Under the pieces are notes generated by a model that saw only the letters and a list, made by a program, of their open reading frames with translations, was not told where the DNA came from and did not search any database. From NCBI GenBank assembly GCA_951406725.2, contig OX597832.1, positions 36,084,001-36,148,000 on the forward strand: a stretch of 64,000 bases of DNA. The letters are read 5' to 3'. The stretch comes from Octopus vulgaris (Eukaryota). Of the stretch, positions 26,522-38,478 are shown one piece after another (position 1 is the first letter of the stretch; every line of letters begins with the position of its first letter). Both the position numbers and the translations under genes were made by a program.

Positions 26522-26525
<4 letters not shown>
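26253..26525. repeat. ~270-bp imperfect inverted repeat (foldback) enclosing a hammerhead
   Basis: 26259-26282 versus 26496-26519 is complementary at 22/24 positions; 26307-26320 versus 26457-26470 at 14/14. Pairing continues inward to hammerhead stem I. Confidence 0.9.
26356..26407 (+). ncRNA. type I hammerhead ribozyme (predicted)
   Basis: Stem I CTTAA/TTAAG; core CTGATGA (26361-67) plus one extra T; stem II GG..CC; GAAA (26385-88); stem III AC.GA-TGTG-TC.GT; GTC cleavage triplet at 26400-02. Confidence 0.75.
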
Positions 26526-26565
<40 letters not shown>

Positions 26566-26566
<1 letters not shown>

Positions 26567-26705
26567 CATGTGACCAAGCGACCGACAAGGCCATCAGATG
26601 TTGTTACTCATCGCTGGTCACAATGCGCTTGTGGCTCATTTTAACCTTCAAATGACGTCACCCCGTTGGCTAGTCGAGCAGGCCAACATTCCCCGCTGAT
26701 CGAAA
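26566..26705 (-). mobile_element. probable retroposon 3' end fragment
   Basis: GC-rich block; minus strand reads GTTGGCCTGCTCG..GCGCATTGTGACCAGCGATG..AACATCTGATGGCC and abuts a (TA)n run. Assigned from recall only. Confidence 0.4.
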
Positions 26706-28011
26706 GAGATACTTGGAGCAAGTATATATATTGTACTGTTTATATAAATTCGACTATATTCATTATTACATTATCTACAGGTGTATCACAATAATACAAT
26801 GCCACACTGTCTACAGGTGTAGTACTATATACGTTACCACAATATAAATGTACTACTATACACACTACTATATGCTATAGATGTGTTACTATATACATTG
26901 CAGTACTATCTATATATGCACCACTCTGTATATGACCATTCTGCGGATTTAACACTATATAAATTACTACAAGGCAAATGGAAAAAGTGTAAAAAAAAAG
27001 GCATGTACTGTGATCTTGCCCAGGGCAAGTCGATCGAAAGAATAAAGAAATTATAAAACACTCGCTAATTACATGGAACACTTAATTCTTACTGTGGGGA
27101 ATTTGTAATATTTGTTATTTCTCTTGGCTTCTGTTGGCAGACAAAGTGAATGAAGTATTATATACCACTAGGATTCGATCCGCTAGCCCTAATACTGCTA
27201 ACACCAAACTCGGCCAACTACGTCAGGTAATACTTTATGTCGATAACTAAGAAATATTTTATGAGATCCAACCAATGTTCTACTCATTTTCTGAAGACAG
27301 GTCATGGCTGAAACCTTAGAATTCAATTATCAACTAACAATATCGAATTTTATAAACTTTACTGAACAGTTTTTGCCGAGGCAGACCAACACCAGTTTCC
27401 TTGCATTTTAGCATTTAACTTTATAGTATATATCTCACTGATAAAGGTTGGCTACATGTTATATTCAATATCAATGGTACAGAGATATGACATTCGTCGT
27501 AAATAATTGGATACATAGCTTGTAGATAGGAAATCTAAATTTCATATTTTCTCTCATCTTTATGGCTTCTTTATTATGTACAGGTTTTATTACATACTTT
27601 GGTGATATAAAAGTTCACAAGGTTACTGATAACAAACCACACATATACAAGGTTTCATATTCTTTCTTACAGAAATGTCGCCACTTGAAAGGAAGATTTT
27701 ACCTGATTTACAAAGTTTGTTGCAATAACAGTCTTAATTAGATTTAACAAATCATACGAAGACATATATATATAACTATTATCTTGTATGACAAGAAGTA
27801 CAACCCTGACAAGTTTCCATGCAGCTTTAATTCACTGCTGATGCTAGTTTACTTTACTTAATCCGTAAATACCCGCTGAAGAAGGCATGACCGTTACAAC
27901 ATCTCTATTCCTTAAGAATATCATGTGTACTACAACAATCAAAGAGACCTTGCCATAAAATATGGGAGTTGTGTTGCCGATGTAAATAATTTATATTATT
28001 TTGTCACATCA

Positions 28012-28215
28012 TGGCGACGAATTGCTAGAATCGTTTGCACGTTGGACAAAATGCTTAGAGACATTTCTTCCAACTCATTACGTTCTGGGTTCAAATTCAA
28101 CTTCATCTTTCATCCTTTCGGAGTCGATAAAATGATATCAGTTGACCACTTGGGTCGATGTAATCGACTAGCTGCCACCCTTCAAAAATTGCTGGCTTTA
28201 CGCCAAAATCTGAAA
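28012..28215 (+). mobile_element. SINE family B (Nin-domain-like)
   Basis: TTCTGGGTTCAAATTC..TTTCATCCTTTCGGAGTCGATAAAAT..GGGTCGATGTAATCGACT..AAAATTGCTGGC. Homologous to 49741-49933. Confidence 0.8.
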
Positions 28216-28644
28216 AAGACACAAAAAAGGAAAAAAACGCATATTTCATGAATTTCTTCCAAAATATAATTATTTTCCATTTATAAGGACTGTCTCGCTT
28301 CATGACAATGTTTAGTACATTCCTCGGGTTATGTGATTCAGATGATTTCAACGATGAATGAAAAATTGGTATACAGGATTACCTAAGACTAGAAATTTTA
28401 AGAAATTTGTAATCACCAAGATAAATTAAATAAACAAAATATTATATAAATATATTCTATGCGTGAAACTTCTAATCTCGCCAAATATCACGAAGAAATG
28501 TTTTTTATAAATTAACTGTCCACTACAGGACACCACGTCTCTCTCTTACATTCTCTTGTTCTCTTTTTCTCTACCTCTCTCTATATACATATAATTATAT
28601 CTATCTATCTATCTTTTTGTATATATAAATATATATATATATAT

Positions 28645-28835
28645 AGTGAGGATTTACAAAAACAAAACAAAACACGAAGACGGGTTTATAAACAACGAAC
28701 AGATGTATTAGTTTAATGCTCGGGAAGTGAGAAAGTCTTTTACGTTTCGAACCTACGCCCTTCGACAGAAAGGAACACAGAAATAAACAGGGAGAGAAAA
28801 TAAAAAGGTTTAGTGGCCAGCGAGGATCGTGGGTA
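28645..28835 (-). mobile_element. Penelope-like terminal repeat with hammerhead-like motif
   Basis: Minus strand: CTTT-CTGTCGA-A-GGGC(GTAG)GTTC-GAAA-CG-TA-AAAG (28737-28772). Paralog of 21835-22010. Confidence 0.6.
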
Positions 28836-28887
28836 AAGCCAAAAGAATGCGAAGTAATTGCAAGGTAAATCACAAAACAAATATGTG

Positions 28888-29287
28888 AACTAGAAAGGCA
28901 CTCGGAGAGCGCAAACCTCCGCCAAGCAACTCATTTTAAGATAGATACGCGAATAAAATTACTAATAGAGAAAGGAAAATAAACTTTGGATACATCAACG
29001 CCACCATAGGTTACGTGGAAACGATGAACGTGTTTTCAAGGGAGATAATCAAAGAACGTAACATTGTAATACTTCATGTAAAGTAAATATAACAAATGAA
29101 AAATCCTTCAAGAATCCATAAAAATTCCCAAATCACAACCAAAATTTCATCATCTGTTTGTTGTGTCTTTACCAACTTTTCCTGCAAGTTTCATTAAATA
29201 CCGTTCTCAACTTTTTGAGTCATTTTGCACACAGACGGACAAGCCAACGCCGATGAAAATATAACCTCCTTCCTTGACGGAGGTAAT
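28888..29287. mobile_element. non-autonomous DNA element, CryptonV/Helentron(HINE)-like
   Basis: Begins AACTAGAAAGGCACTCGGAGAGCGCAAACCTCCGCCAAG and ends ACAGACGGACAAGCC..ATAACCTCCTTCCTTGACGGAGGTAAT. Asymmetric subterminal inverted repeat ACCTCCGCCAAG/CTTGACGGAGGT plus a 3' hairpin. Confidence 0.65.
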
Positions 29288-29549
29288 TAATGTAGACTTA
29301 TCTTGTATTCAATATTTCGGGGCTTTGACTCCATTTTCAAGAAATTGACGAATGTTGCCGATATGCGTGTGTGTGAACGTGTGTGGATTGGATGTGCGCG
29401 GAAAGGTGTTGCTATAGCAACCAGCTAACTTCCTGTAACTGTCTTCTATTGTTGATCTTAGATTTCTTTTGGTGCATGAGGATGGCCCCAGAGATTCTAA
29501 GGTTTCCCCTGTTCCACTGTATTGCCACCATCCAAACGAAAATCATCAT

Positions 29550-29732
29550 TTACATTATTTACATTTGACGGATATTTGTCCTCATCTTGTTTGTTGTCAA
29601 CACAACGTTTCGGTTGATATATACTCCAGCCTTCATCGAGTATTTTGGGGAAATTTCGAACCTGGGTTCTTATTCGTAAGGTATTTTTCGATGTTATTGT
29701 TATTATTATTATTAATTATTAATTATTATTAT
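29550..29732 (-). mobile_element. family C element 3' part with hammerhead relic
   Basis: Minus strand: (AAT)n-AACATCGAAAAATACCTT..ATAC-TCGATGA-A-GGCTG..CAACC-GAAA-CG-TT-GTGT. Confidence 0.65.
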
Positions 29733-29734
29733 TA

Positions 29735-29812
29735 TGCCCGTGGGCATATGGCGTAGTGGTTAAGAGCACGGGCTACTTACCCCAAGATTCCGAGTTCGAT
29801 TCCAGGCAGTGA

Positions 29813-29869
<57 letters not shown>

Positions 29870-29896
29870 CAATAACAACATCGAAAAATACCTTGC
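29735..29896 (+). mobile_element. family C element 5' part: tRNA-derived head plus (AAT)n
   Basis: A-box TGGCGTAGTGG and B-box GAGTTCGATTCC, then (AAT)n and AACATCGAAAAATACCTT, which is shared with the adjacent inverted copy. Confidence 0.8.
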
Positions 29897-29989
29897 ACCA
29901 ACACCCTTTGTACCCATCAGGATGAAGAGGCTCAATCACTAACAGATTTACTACGCAGATACGAGTTACTGCTGGCGACGATGATATAA

Positions 29990-30029
<40 letters not shown>

Positions 30030-32434
30030 ATATATGCTACTACATACTCATACATATGCATTTACACGTACACACACATACGATATGCGAGCCGATTAGC
30101 TAACTAACAGTTGGAGTAGTAACTGTGGGCTGTATTTATAGGAATATATCAATTTCCCATTATCTGTGCTAAATATACATGTTGCCACCTTATATCACAT
30201 CAACCGATAAAACTGTTTGAGATTTATTTCGACCAATTCTCTTAGTAATGTTCTGTGAATGTTACCATTAATTTCTTCCATTCCGTTTCATTATTCACCC
30301 CTTCACCTATGAGGAAAATAGGCTCATTCCAACCAAAGTCTTTATAAATAGAAATTTGGAAAATTATTCACATGAAAACGATAAATATTCTGGAAATAAG
30401 AAAAGAAAATTCATTACAAAATGTACTTTATTCATTGGCTGTTAAAATCTTCATAAAGTCGCCCTAAAACTAGAAAGTGTTTTGGAAAGATATTTCTGGA
30501 ATAATAAATAAAAACTAATTACTAGAGCATTCTTATAGACAATACGGAATTTCGTTTAGTTTTCGCCTTCCTTTTCTATATTCTTTCTCTTTACCATCCC
30601 AAGAGTGTTAAAATGCAAATTAACCGCAATAAATCAATAGAAAACAATGAAACAGACGAGATAAATGCATTCAAACAAACATGTACCGAGTCGTGTGTGT
30701 GTGTGGAACAGGAGGCTCCTTGAGAAACCTTGCCCAGAGTCTTTCGCCTCCTGGTGCTGTGTTAACACCCATCTCTTCACTTGGCTTAGCTCACCAGCTG
30801 AGGTGGAGTACAAGGGTGTGGGGCTAGGGGCCATCAGGTGAGTAATTAAAAGTTGAATGAGGACCAGTGATGCCTGTCCACCTCACCATTCCTGGCAAGG
30901 TTCAACCATTTACGATTTAAGTAAAAACCCACTTTTTTCTTATGTTCTGGCCCACACGACGAGGCACCAACCCAAGATTGAGGATGATCTGAAATATATT
31001 CCAAGAATAAAGAAAAGCCTTATTCTAGTTATGTCATTCTCAAAAAATGCAGGGGCGAAATTTGACCAGTCAAATGTTCTTACATGGTTGTTAAGCAGAT
31101 CGAAGTCACATAATTATCAATGGCCTGAACATTTCTCCACTATTTGATGAGGAATACTACAGGCACTTAAGAATAAATGGTTTCCTATGATAGACTCCAT
31201 AAAGAAGACTGCAACCGGGGAACATAGCACCACAATTACAAAATATGGTTCTCGGAAATAGCTGCATGCAATAAATCGAATGTGTTTGCTGAACCGGTAC
31301 TGACGCCAACATTTGGACAGCAATATTGGGTGTTAATTGACATCCGATTGATGTAAAAACTTGAAGATATTGAACTCGTGCCAGGAATTTCTACAGCAAT
31401 GGTGATATATACTGCTTTTATTTAAAACTAAGACAAGGTAGCGAAAGCTTAACATCGATCAAAACAGCCTTTAAGTGTTGCATCGTATTCCTTCGACAAC
31501 ATCAACAAACTACCAAACGTCGAGGTCCTGCTATGGATCAAGTCTGCAGACGTGAAGTCGATAACACCACGAGAATTGGAAATGAGCTTCTCAGAAAGTA
31601 TTCCCTGACTGATGACCTAAAATATATACCGGGAGAAGTTGTTCAACTCCAGGGAAACAGATCGTCAAAAGAAAGACTTCATACAAACCAGCAAAGAGTC
31701 ATGCATGACTAAATTCACAGAAGGCTTTTAACTGACAGCAACATCGACAACTAAACGAGTCTGTCCTAGATTGATAACACTGGTCAACAAAATTAAATGT
31801 ACTCTACTCATTATGAATACAAATCAACTTTTTTGTATATTTGAAATCGTAATTATGTATTTGAAATCAGCATTAAAAACTGCATCAAGTACACCTTGAA
31901 ATATGCTTGATGAAAAATACTGGTTGACCAGGGTAATCAAGATAATATAAGGGGGGGGGGGGGGTAATAGCAACAAAATATCTAATGCGCCAAAGAGGTA
32001 AGGTTGCAGATAAAACCTTCTGGATGCGACAACCGATGCAGTCTCTGTCGAACTAACACTGAGAATGTCATTTACATCAGAAGAACTGACTGAAAATGTC
32101 TTTATGACATTGATTACCTGTAAGACATGGTGTCGTGGCCAGAAAACTATAGAATGAAACTCGGCGAAATGATTATTCTGAGAAGACAAATATAAGAATC
32201 TACCGTGATGAGGAGGGCATAACCATAAATATTTCGAAAGAATGGGTGGAATATCCCTGTCAAAGCTTGAATAAAATGCAAGAACATAATTTTCTGGAAC
32301 ACAGAAAAGAAACCATGCAAAGTAACTGAAACCAGTTGCCCGAAAGATGCGAACATTTAAGTCTTATTTGTAGGTTAGAAACAAGTTCTTTCTACATTGG
32401 GGAGAAATTCGAAAAATAAAACGAACCAAGCTTA

Positions 32435-32456
32435 CACACACACACACACACACATA

Positions 32457-32495
<39 letters not shown>

Positions 32496-32890
32496 GTACG
32501 TACATACATGCATACACACATGCATACATGAATACTTACATACATTTATACATGAATGCATACATACGTACGTACGTATGTACATACGTACATACACACA
32601 TACATACACACATGCATACATACATAAATACATACATACACATATGCATGCATGTATACATACGTACGTACGTACATATATATACACACACACAAACATA
32701 CATACACGCATACACACACAAGCATACATACTTACATACATACATATATACATACACACATACATACATACACACACACATACATACATACATACATACA
32801 TACATACATACATACATACATACATACATACACACATACACACAAACATACATACATACACACGCACACACACACATATATACATACATA
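32435..32890. repeat. (CA)/(CATA) compound microsatellite
   Basis: Seen directly. Confidence 0.95.
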
Positions 32891-34149
32891 TCAAGTAAAT
32901 AAAAAGAATGGAGTTTTTATGAGGTGAGACTAAAGATATTTTTAGGTTAACTAAATTTATAAATTTTCATAACCATTTTTGTGGCCATGTTTGGAGAGCT
33001 GGTGTTGAATTATTTGGAATCGTTGTCTTGTTGGAATGAGATCTGTTCAAGTGACATATTCACATATTTCACACATAAATGTGTCTACTAAACAACATTA
33101 TTACCGTTGTTATTTTGAAATCGGTAACTTTTACACGGTTAGTTCAGGTTATAGTCATTTTTAAATCAATGAACCTAAAATTATAACACCTAATGTTATA
33201 AAATCGTGAAAATAAAAGAAAACCACTTTTACTGACGAGTGTAGTTTATTAAATCAAATCAATGTAAACAAGTTTTATGTCTAATTTTGTAACAAAAATT
33301 AATTGAATCTAATAAACTCACGCAAACATCTCTTGCTCTCCTTTTTGCCTCCCTATCTCTCTCTCTCTCTCTCTCTCATCCCTACCCCCACAAACACACA
33401 CACACTCAAGGTCAATATCATACAAATGTGAAAATCATTTTAACATATATTACACAGAATTTATATTTTTATATGCACCAACAATTTTTTAAAGAACTAT
33501 ATTATCTCTCACGCGTGGTCTTTGAAGAATTTCGCAGTAAATTCAAATTATCTCGGAAGTAAATTTCTTCTATTTATTGATCAATAAAAAAAATCACTTA
33601 TCTGTCAATTGGTAATGTTTTTAAGGTGACACCTGGTATCAACTGTAAGTTGTTACCAGGACAATGATAGTGCTGGGTTATATTTAAGAGGAAAAGTGAG
33701 GAGGGGGCTTACGGTCAGCTTCCGACAGCCTTTGCATGACATGTGCCATCACAGACATGACTGTTATATCTACTTATCGATCCACAAAGGGACAAAAATA
33801 AGAGGGAATTCAAGAAGTAAAGAAGAGTAGCTAAATGCTGAAACACCATTAACCCAGATCTCTGTCGCCGTTGAGAATTTAGAAATAGTCAAAACAAAGA
33901 CCGAGAGACATTTTGTCCTATATCCTAACAGATCTGCCATTGTCCTCGAGTGTATGATTAATGTTGCTTAGTGTCAGGGCAGCCTTGGCTGAGTAGCCCT
34001 AAGCGTTCCATCCAGTTTCCTGACACTTAATATATTTTCTAATGCAGTCTTATCTCTTTCAAGACGATGGGGTTGGATTTAAGGTTACTCTGGCTGTTAT
34101 ATTTTTCTTTCTCCACAGTTATTAAGTTTCAAGAGCACAGCTAAAAACT

Positions 34150-34450
34150 GTGATGTACTGGTTTGTTTCACGTAAATTTGTGGATGATACTAACACTGGC
34201 ATGAAGTGTAGACAGCTTTGGACTCGTACAGGTCACTTCGTGTCACATTTTGAAGGTTGTGCTTTTGTAATCCAAGAGCAGGAGATAGATACAGCATATC
34301 ACAGAAACAGAAGAGGCAGGAAAGGATTTCAGCTCTCAACATGCGTCAGGAAATGTCGATTATGGCACAAGCTTGTGAACGATATTACACATCTGAACTG
34401 GAAAATGTCATTAAGCTACTACTTTCTAATGCAGTAAAATGCCGTCGATG
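34150..34450 (+). mobile_element. R4/Dong-clade non-LTR fragment (post-RT, zinc knuckle)
   Basis: SHFEGCAFVIQEQEIDT...CVRKCRLWHKLVNDITH. Homologous to ~42100-42260. Confidence 0.75.
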
Positions 34451-35046
34451 AAAAAGAATGTGCAATGCCAACTGAAGGAAAGATCGAAAGTATTTTTGTC
34501 TTTTTGAGTATATACACATGTTTCAACAGAAAGAACATTGGTGGAAGACTGGCATCAAAACGTTCCCTGAGTGCTAAACGCAACTGGTCTGATGCACTTC
34601 TATGTACGATTATAGAGGTCAGGTGCCTCGCAGATGCGAGCATTTCCTTTGGAATCTGTGAGAACGGGAACATTCACGGACAACTACTTGGAAAGCCACA
34701 GCTACTTTATTATAGATTATACACAAACGCACGCACAAACACACGAAAAGTTATCCATATATACATACATGTGTGTGTGTGTGCATGCACACGAATGTAT
34801 ACATTCGTTCATACATACATGCACTCTCACACGCGCGTGCGCATGCACAGGTTCTATTTTATTATTTTATTATTTTTGATTGGTAGAAAGTTAGTAATGT
34901 GACTCAAGGGCCAAGAGTTTGGTGCATCAAACTGTACATACATACATACATACATAGTATATGTATATATGCATATATATATATATGTGTATATATCTAT
35001 GAATGTATGTATGTGCATATAAAAATATATACATAGACATATGCAC

Positions 35047-35599
<553 letters not shown>

Positions 35600-36034
35600 T
35601 ACATACATACGTACACAGGCGCGCGCGTACAAAAGGCACACACAAACAGACACACATACTCACGAATACACACAGGTGTCTATCACGCACGCGCAGTCAT
35701 CTCCTTTCGGCGCACAAACACACTTCAATTTAGATTCTCTTTACAAAAGAAAACACAAAACGAACAACAACGTGGTTTTAGTCCTGCTAAATGGTAACAG
35801 GCACTTCTGTGGAAATGGTACCGTTGCGTAGAACATCAGTCGTCTCACATGAACGCTGCACACATCTTTTGCTAATAGAAATGTTCAAGCAAGCAAAATG
35901 GAGATCACGCGAAAGTGCCTTCTGCTACAAGAACAACAACAAAAGAGGCAGAAACAAAGAAAACCAATTTGGGATGATATTGCCAAAAAAACATTCTGTA
36001 TCTGCTCTTTGTGATTATATCAAGAAATTCCTTA

Positions 36035-36306
36035 TTGTTGCTGTTGTTGTTGTTTGTTGTTGTTGTTCTTCTTCTTCTTCTTCTTCTTCTTCTTCTTCTT
36101 CTTCTTCTTCTTCTTCTTCTTCTTCTTCTTCTACTACTACTACTACTACTACTACTACATTTTCTTCTACTACTAATTCTTCTTTTTCTTCTTTTCTCCT
36201 CCTCTTCATCCTCCTACTACTACTATTTCTTTTCTTCTTCCTCTTCTTCATTTTCCTCTTCCTCTTCCTCCTCCCCTCCTCCTCCTCCTACTACTACTAC
36301 TACCAC

Positions 36307-36353
<47 letters not shown>

Positions 36354-36430
36354 GTTGTTGTTGTTGTTGCTATTATCATCATCATCGTCATTATTATTAT
36401 TATTATCATCATCATCATCATCATCATTAT
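36035..36430. repeat. patchwork trinucleotide array (TTG/TTC/TAC/CTC/TTA/TCA)
   Basis: Seen directly. Confidence 0.95.
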
Positions 36431-37145
36431 CAATGAGAAACTAGGAGAAAAACAAGATGTCACGGGTTTCGTGTGTTAGAAGAATTGAAAATGAGAAGAA
36501 TTAGAATTTTAAACTTCAAGGTTGCCATGAAAAATTGGATTGAATTGTTTAGTAATGTAAAAATTCATTGAAAGAAATTGAAAATTTATCGGAAGCACAA
36601 AAGAAAAATCTATAAACAGAAGCAATTTCAAAGAATAAATAAAACAAGTAAATAAAACTAGCAAATTCTTTAAGATGGTATTTTGTTTCTCAGGAGCAAC
36701 ATTTTAAGAAAAAAGTTTGTTTTCCTCCACCACCACCTCTTCTCCTCCTCCTCCACATCTTTCTTCTGGCATAGTGTACTCTGACTTCATTATACAATAT
36801 TTTAAAGACTGTTGGACGTGGCTTGAGGTTGATTTCACATTTTCTTTGCTTTTTCTTTCCCTTAGAGGGGAGAGGGCAGCCTCCTTAGTCTATCCTTGGT
36901 CCTCCAAGGCTGGCGTGAGGAAAGCAAATCCGACCCGAATGTTTACAACAGGGTATATTCCTTTAAAGGCTGGTTGGAGGTGTGAGACTGGGCAATGTAT
37001 TACGCCTACCACATAAAGATCAGGAACCAAACCCGAGTTACCTGGGTTAAAGCTTATCTCTAGCAGGTCGAATAACCCTGTGCAAGCTCCCGAATGGAAT
37101 AAAATGGAGTCAGTGTGAAGCGACTTAAGCTTGACACATTTTGTC

Positions 37146-37225
<80 letters not shown>

Positions 37226-37829
37226 TTCTATCTGTCTCTCTCTGTCTCTCACCCCAACACACCTGTCTATACTTAAGCGTCTCAGGTTACTGTTACGTCT
37301 CTCTCACGCTCATTGATATTTCTAACTCTTCATATCCAAATACGGACTAAACCTCTTCCATTCTCTCTTAATCTGCTGCACATTTCTACCACCTCTTGCT
37401 AGCAACATATTGTCTCTATGAGTTGAGGGTTTCAGAATATTCTCCAGATGTAATGACATAACAACCTAGTCTTCTTATTCGACAATAAAATTTGTATTGT
37501 CCTCGTCAGTTTGCGACAGACGTGGAGGATTATGCTCAATATCATATTTCTTCAGTTTGAATAAGAGAAAAACGTATCTACACCAAAGTTTTAGTAGCTT
37601 ATGAAAAATTGATGATAAACGATGTCCAATATTAATAGCCTCGAGTATATATCGGTCATAAAAATCTTGTGGTTAACGAGAAAGCAAGAGAACGAAGGAT
37701 GGAGAGAGACAGAAAGGGTGAGAGAAAGAGAGAGGTGGGAAGTGAGAGAAAAGGAAGAAGCACAAATCTAAATTCAGCATCGGCTGGTTGGTATAGAATA
37801 CAGTGTTTGTGTCTTCAAACATATTCGAG

Positions 37830-38360
37830 TTGGTAAATGCAGAAGAATTGCAGGAGCTGGTACAGTATTGCACCAGTATCAGCATCTGGTCATCAGATGA
37901 AGGTAAGTGCAAAAGACAAACTCGTTAATCATCAATGCGGTGTTCATGCCTAGCCTAACCTACAGCTATGAATCTTTGTTAACGAGTGAAAGAATACGAT
38001 CGTAAATACAGGCGGCAGGAATGGGTTTTCTTCAAAGGGTCTTTGGAGTAGCGTACGCAGCTGAGATCAGAGAGGTGCTCCAAGTAAAACCGCTGCTTTT
38101 CCAGATTGAAAGATCACAACTGCAATACAACTGACATGGGATAAGAATGTCTCGGGGGAAAAAAAAATCTCTGGACAGGTTTACGGCAGAAGATCCAGAG
38201 TAGACCGCGAACAAGTTGGTTGGATAATAACTATGAGTTCGGTTGGTCTTGCTTTAGGATCCAGCCGGATCAATTGGAGACAGTTACTTCTGATAGGACC
38301 CGATGGAAAACATGCTTGAGGAACCTACCCCTACGACCCGCCCAGGAACAAGTGAGCGAT
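37830..38360 (+). mobile_element. RTE-clade (Rex3/Expander-like) LINE 3' fragment
   Basis: NAVFMPSLTYSYESLLTSERIRS*IQAAGMGFLQRVFG..IREVLQVKPLLFQIERSQLQY. Confidence 0.8.
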
Positions 38361-38429
38361 GAAGATGAAATGAGATATATATGTATGTATGCATGCATAC
38401 ATATGTGTGTAGTAGTGGTGGTGGTAGTG

Positions 38430-38478
<49 letters not shown>

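Noticed and set aside
27876-27900. CTGAAGA-AGG..CC hammerhead-like start
   Set aside because: GAAA is replaced by GTTA and there is no stem I or III.
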